A stretch of DNA of 64,000 nucleotides from the human T2T-CHM13v2.0 reference genome, Homo sapiens: assembly GCF_009914755.1 (NCBI RefSeq), contig NC_060934.1; one strand, 5' to 3'. Below the pieces are notes generated by a model that ran no database searches, was not told the origin of the DNA, and saw nothing but the letters and a program-made list of their open reading frames with translations. Below are positions 62,771 to 64,000 of this stretch, piece after piece. How positions within the stretch are numbered: the stretch's first letter is position 1; every line of letters begins with the position of its first letter. Position numbers and translations under genes: made by a program.

Positions 62771-63864
62771 GTAAGGCTACGAAGTTACTAAGTGGGTTTT
62801 CAGTCAAACACCAATGCCAACATCTGTGACTAGGTCATATTAAGCAGTGATTAGAAAAATGGAAAGCTTCAAAATTAACTAACATACTGAAGATCTTGTT
62901 ACTTTTTGGCGTTCTATTTCCTGTATATTTTATGGTTTTTACAAGGATCCACATTATTTGAAAATTATAGCTATTATCTTCCCTTTTATGACCTTAATTC
63001 AGAATATTTTAATCAAATTTAATTCATTTGTAATCTTTCCTTTTTGAACCTTTACCCTTTCAAATAATCATATGTAAATGATTTCTTGTTATTGTATTCT
63101 GAGCAATGTCTACATACATAATGCACTTACCACTCTTGACTATTTTTTATTATTCAGTTTGCAAATTTATGTCATTTTCTACTGTATATACCACAGTGCA
63201 GTCAGTCCCATGGGTTTGTTAGAAAAAGCATTAGTGCCTAAGCCAAGAGACCTGCACTTAGACTGTATAAGGTGTGTGTGTCTCAAGTACTGGATGCAGA
63301 AAGTACATGGGATTTTACTGGAAATAACTTTTATGGGACAAAGTAATATTTATGGCTTGTGACTTTTGGTAAGTACACAGCAAAGTTACAGCTGACAAGG
63401 ACGAGCATTTAAAATAGGCATGTTCTGTGGTACCTTGGAAGTATTTTAAAATAATACATTTTCTATCATAATTAATGTGCAAGTGAAGTAGTGCCTTTTG
63501 ATGCTTTAGTCATTAGACTTCTTTGATGTTCCAATACAATCCAGCACATGCCTGCATCATTAAAATTTGCTTTGAGTATATAATAACTACTATAGATTGG
63601 GTAGAGTTTGAATAGATTAATAAACTAACTTTTTGCAAAAGTGTACATTCATTATGCTTAAGGAACAAGTACACAGGTAACAGATGATACTGCTCTTAGA
63701 AGCCTGTCACAATACTGTGACATCTTTGGGTGCCCAATTTTTAAGTAACTTAATAAAACAAGTTCCCCTTTGCTCCAGCAATCTAATTCTAGCCCTGAAA
63801 GGAGATTATCTTAGCGAGTTGACAGAACTTGGCGGTGTAAACCTCAGCCAAGTAGCTATAACTG

Positions 63865-64000
63865 GGCCAGGCACTGTGACTCATGCCTGTAATTCCAACA
63901 CTTTGGGAGGCCGCGGCGGGTGGATCATGATGTGAGGAGTTCAAGACCAGCCTGGCCAAGCTGGTGAAACCCCGTTGTTACTAAAAATATGAAAATTAGC
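63865..64000 (+). mobile_element. Alu left arm, cut by window end
   Basis: ggccaggcactgtgactcatgcctgtaat... Confidence 0.92.

Overview
Repeat-rich primate (human-like) genomic DNA; no prokaryotic features. The main feature is a + strand unprocessed cyclin Y-like pseudogene of the CCNYL2/CCNYL3 type. I traced 8 coding exons (1-7 and 9 of the 10-exon CCNY layout) from 27951 to 62770. It shows a truncated exon 1, a dead exon-4 donor, three nonsense codons and no findable exon 8; exon 10 lies beyond the window. Upstream there is an orphan copy of PARD3 exon 3 with intact splice sites (13530-13716). There is also a divergent (- strand) CpG-island promoter with TATA, Inr and CCAAT elements, probably a LINC00839-like lncRNA paralog. 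An 80-bp inverted duplication links the promoter to the PARD3 segment. Together this looks like a chimeric duplicon made from two genes that are neighbours on 10p11 (PARD3 and CCNY). Other content: a class III (ERV-L-like) gag remnant, an antisense C2H2 zinc-finger relic just before exon 9, several structurally informative L1 insertions, solo LTRs and about 28 Alus. Protein and repeat-family assignments rely on recalled sequences, not searches; repeat boundaries are approximate.
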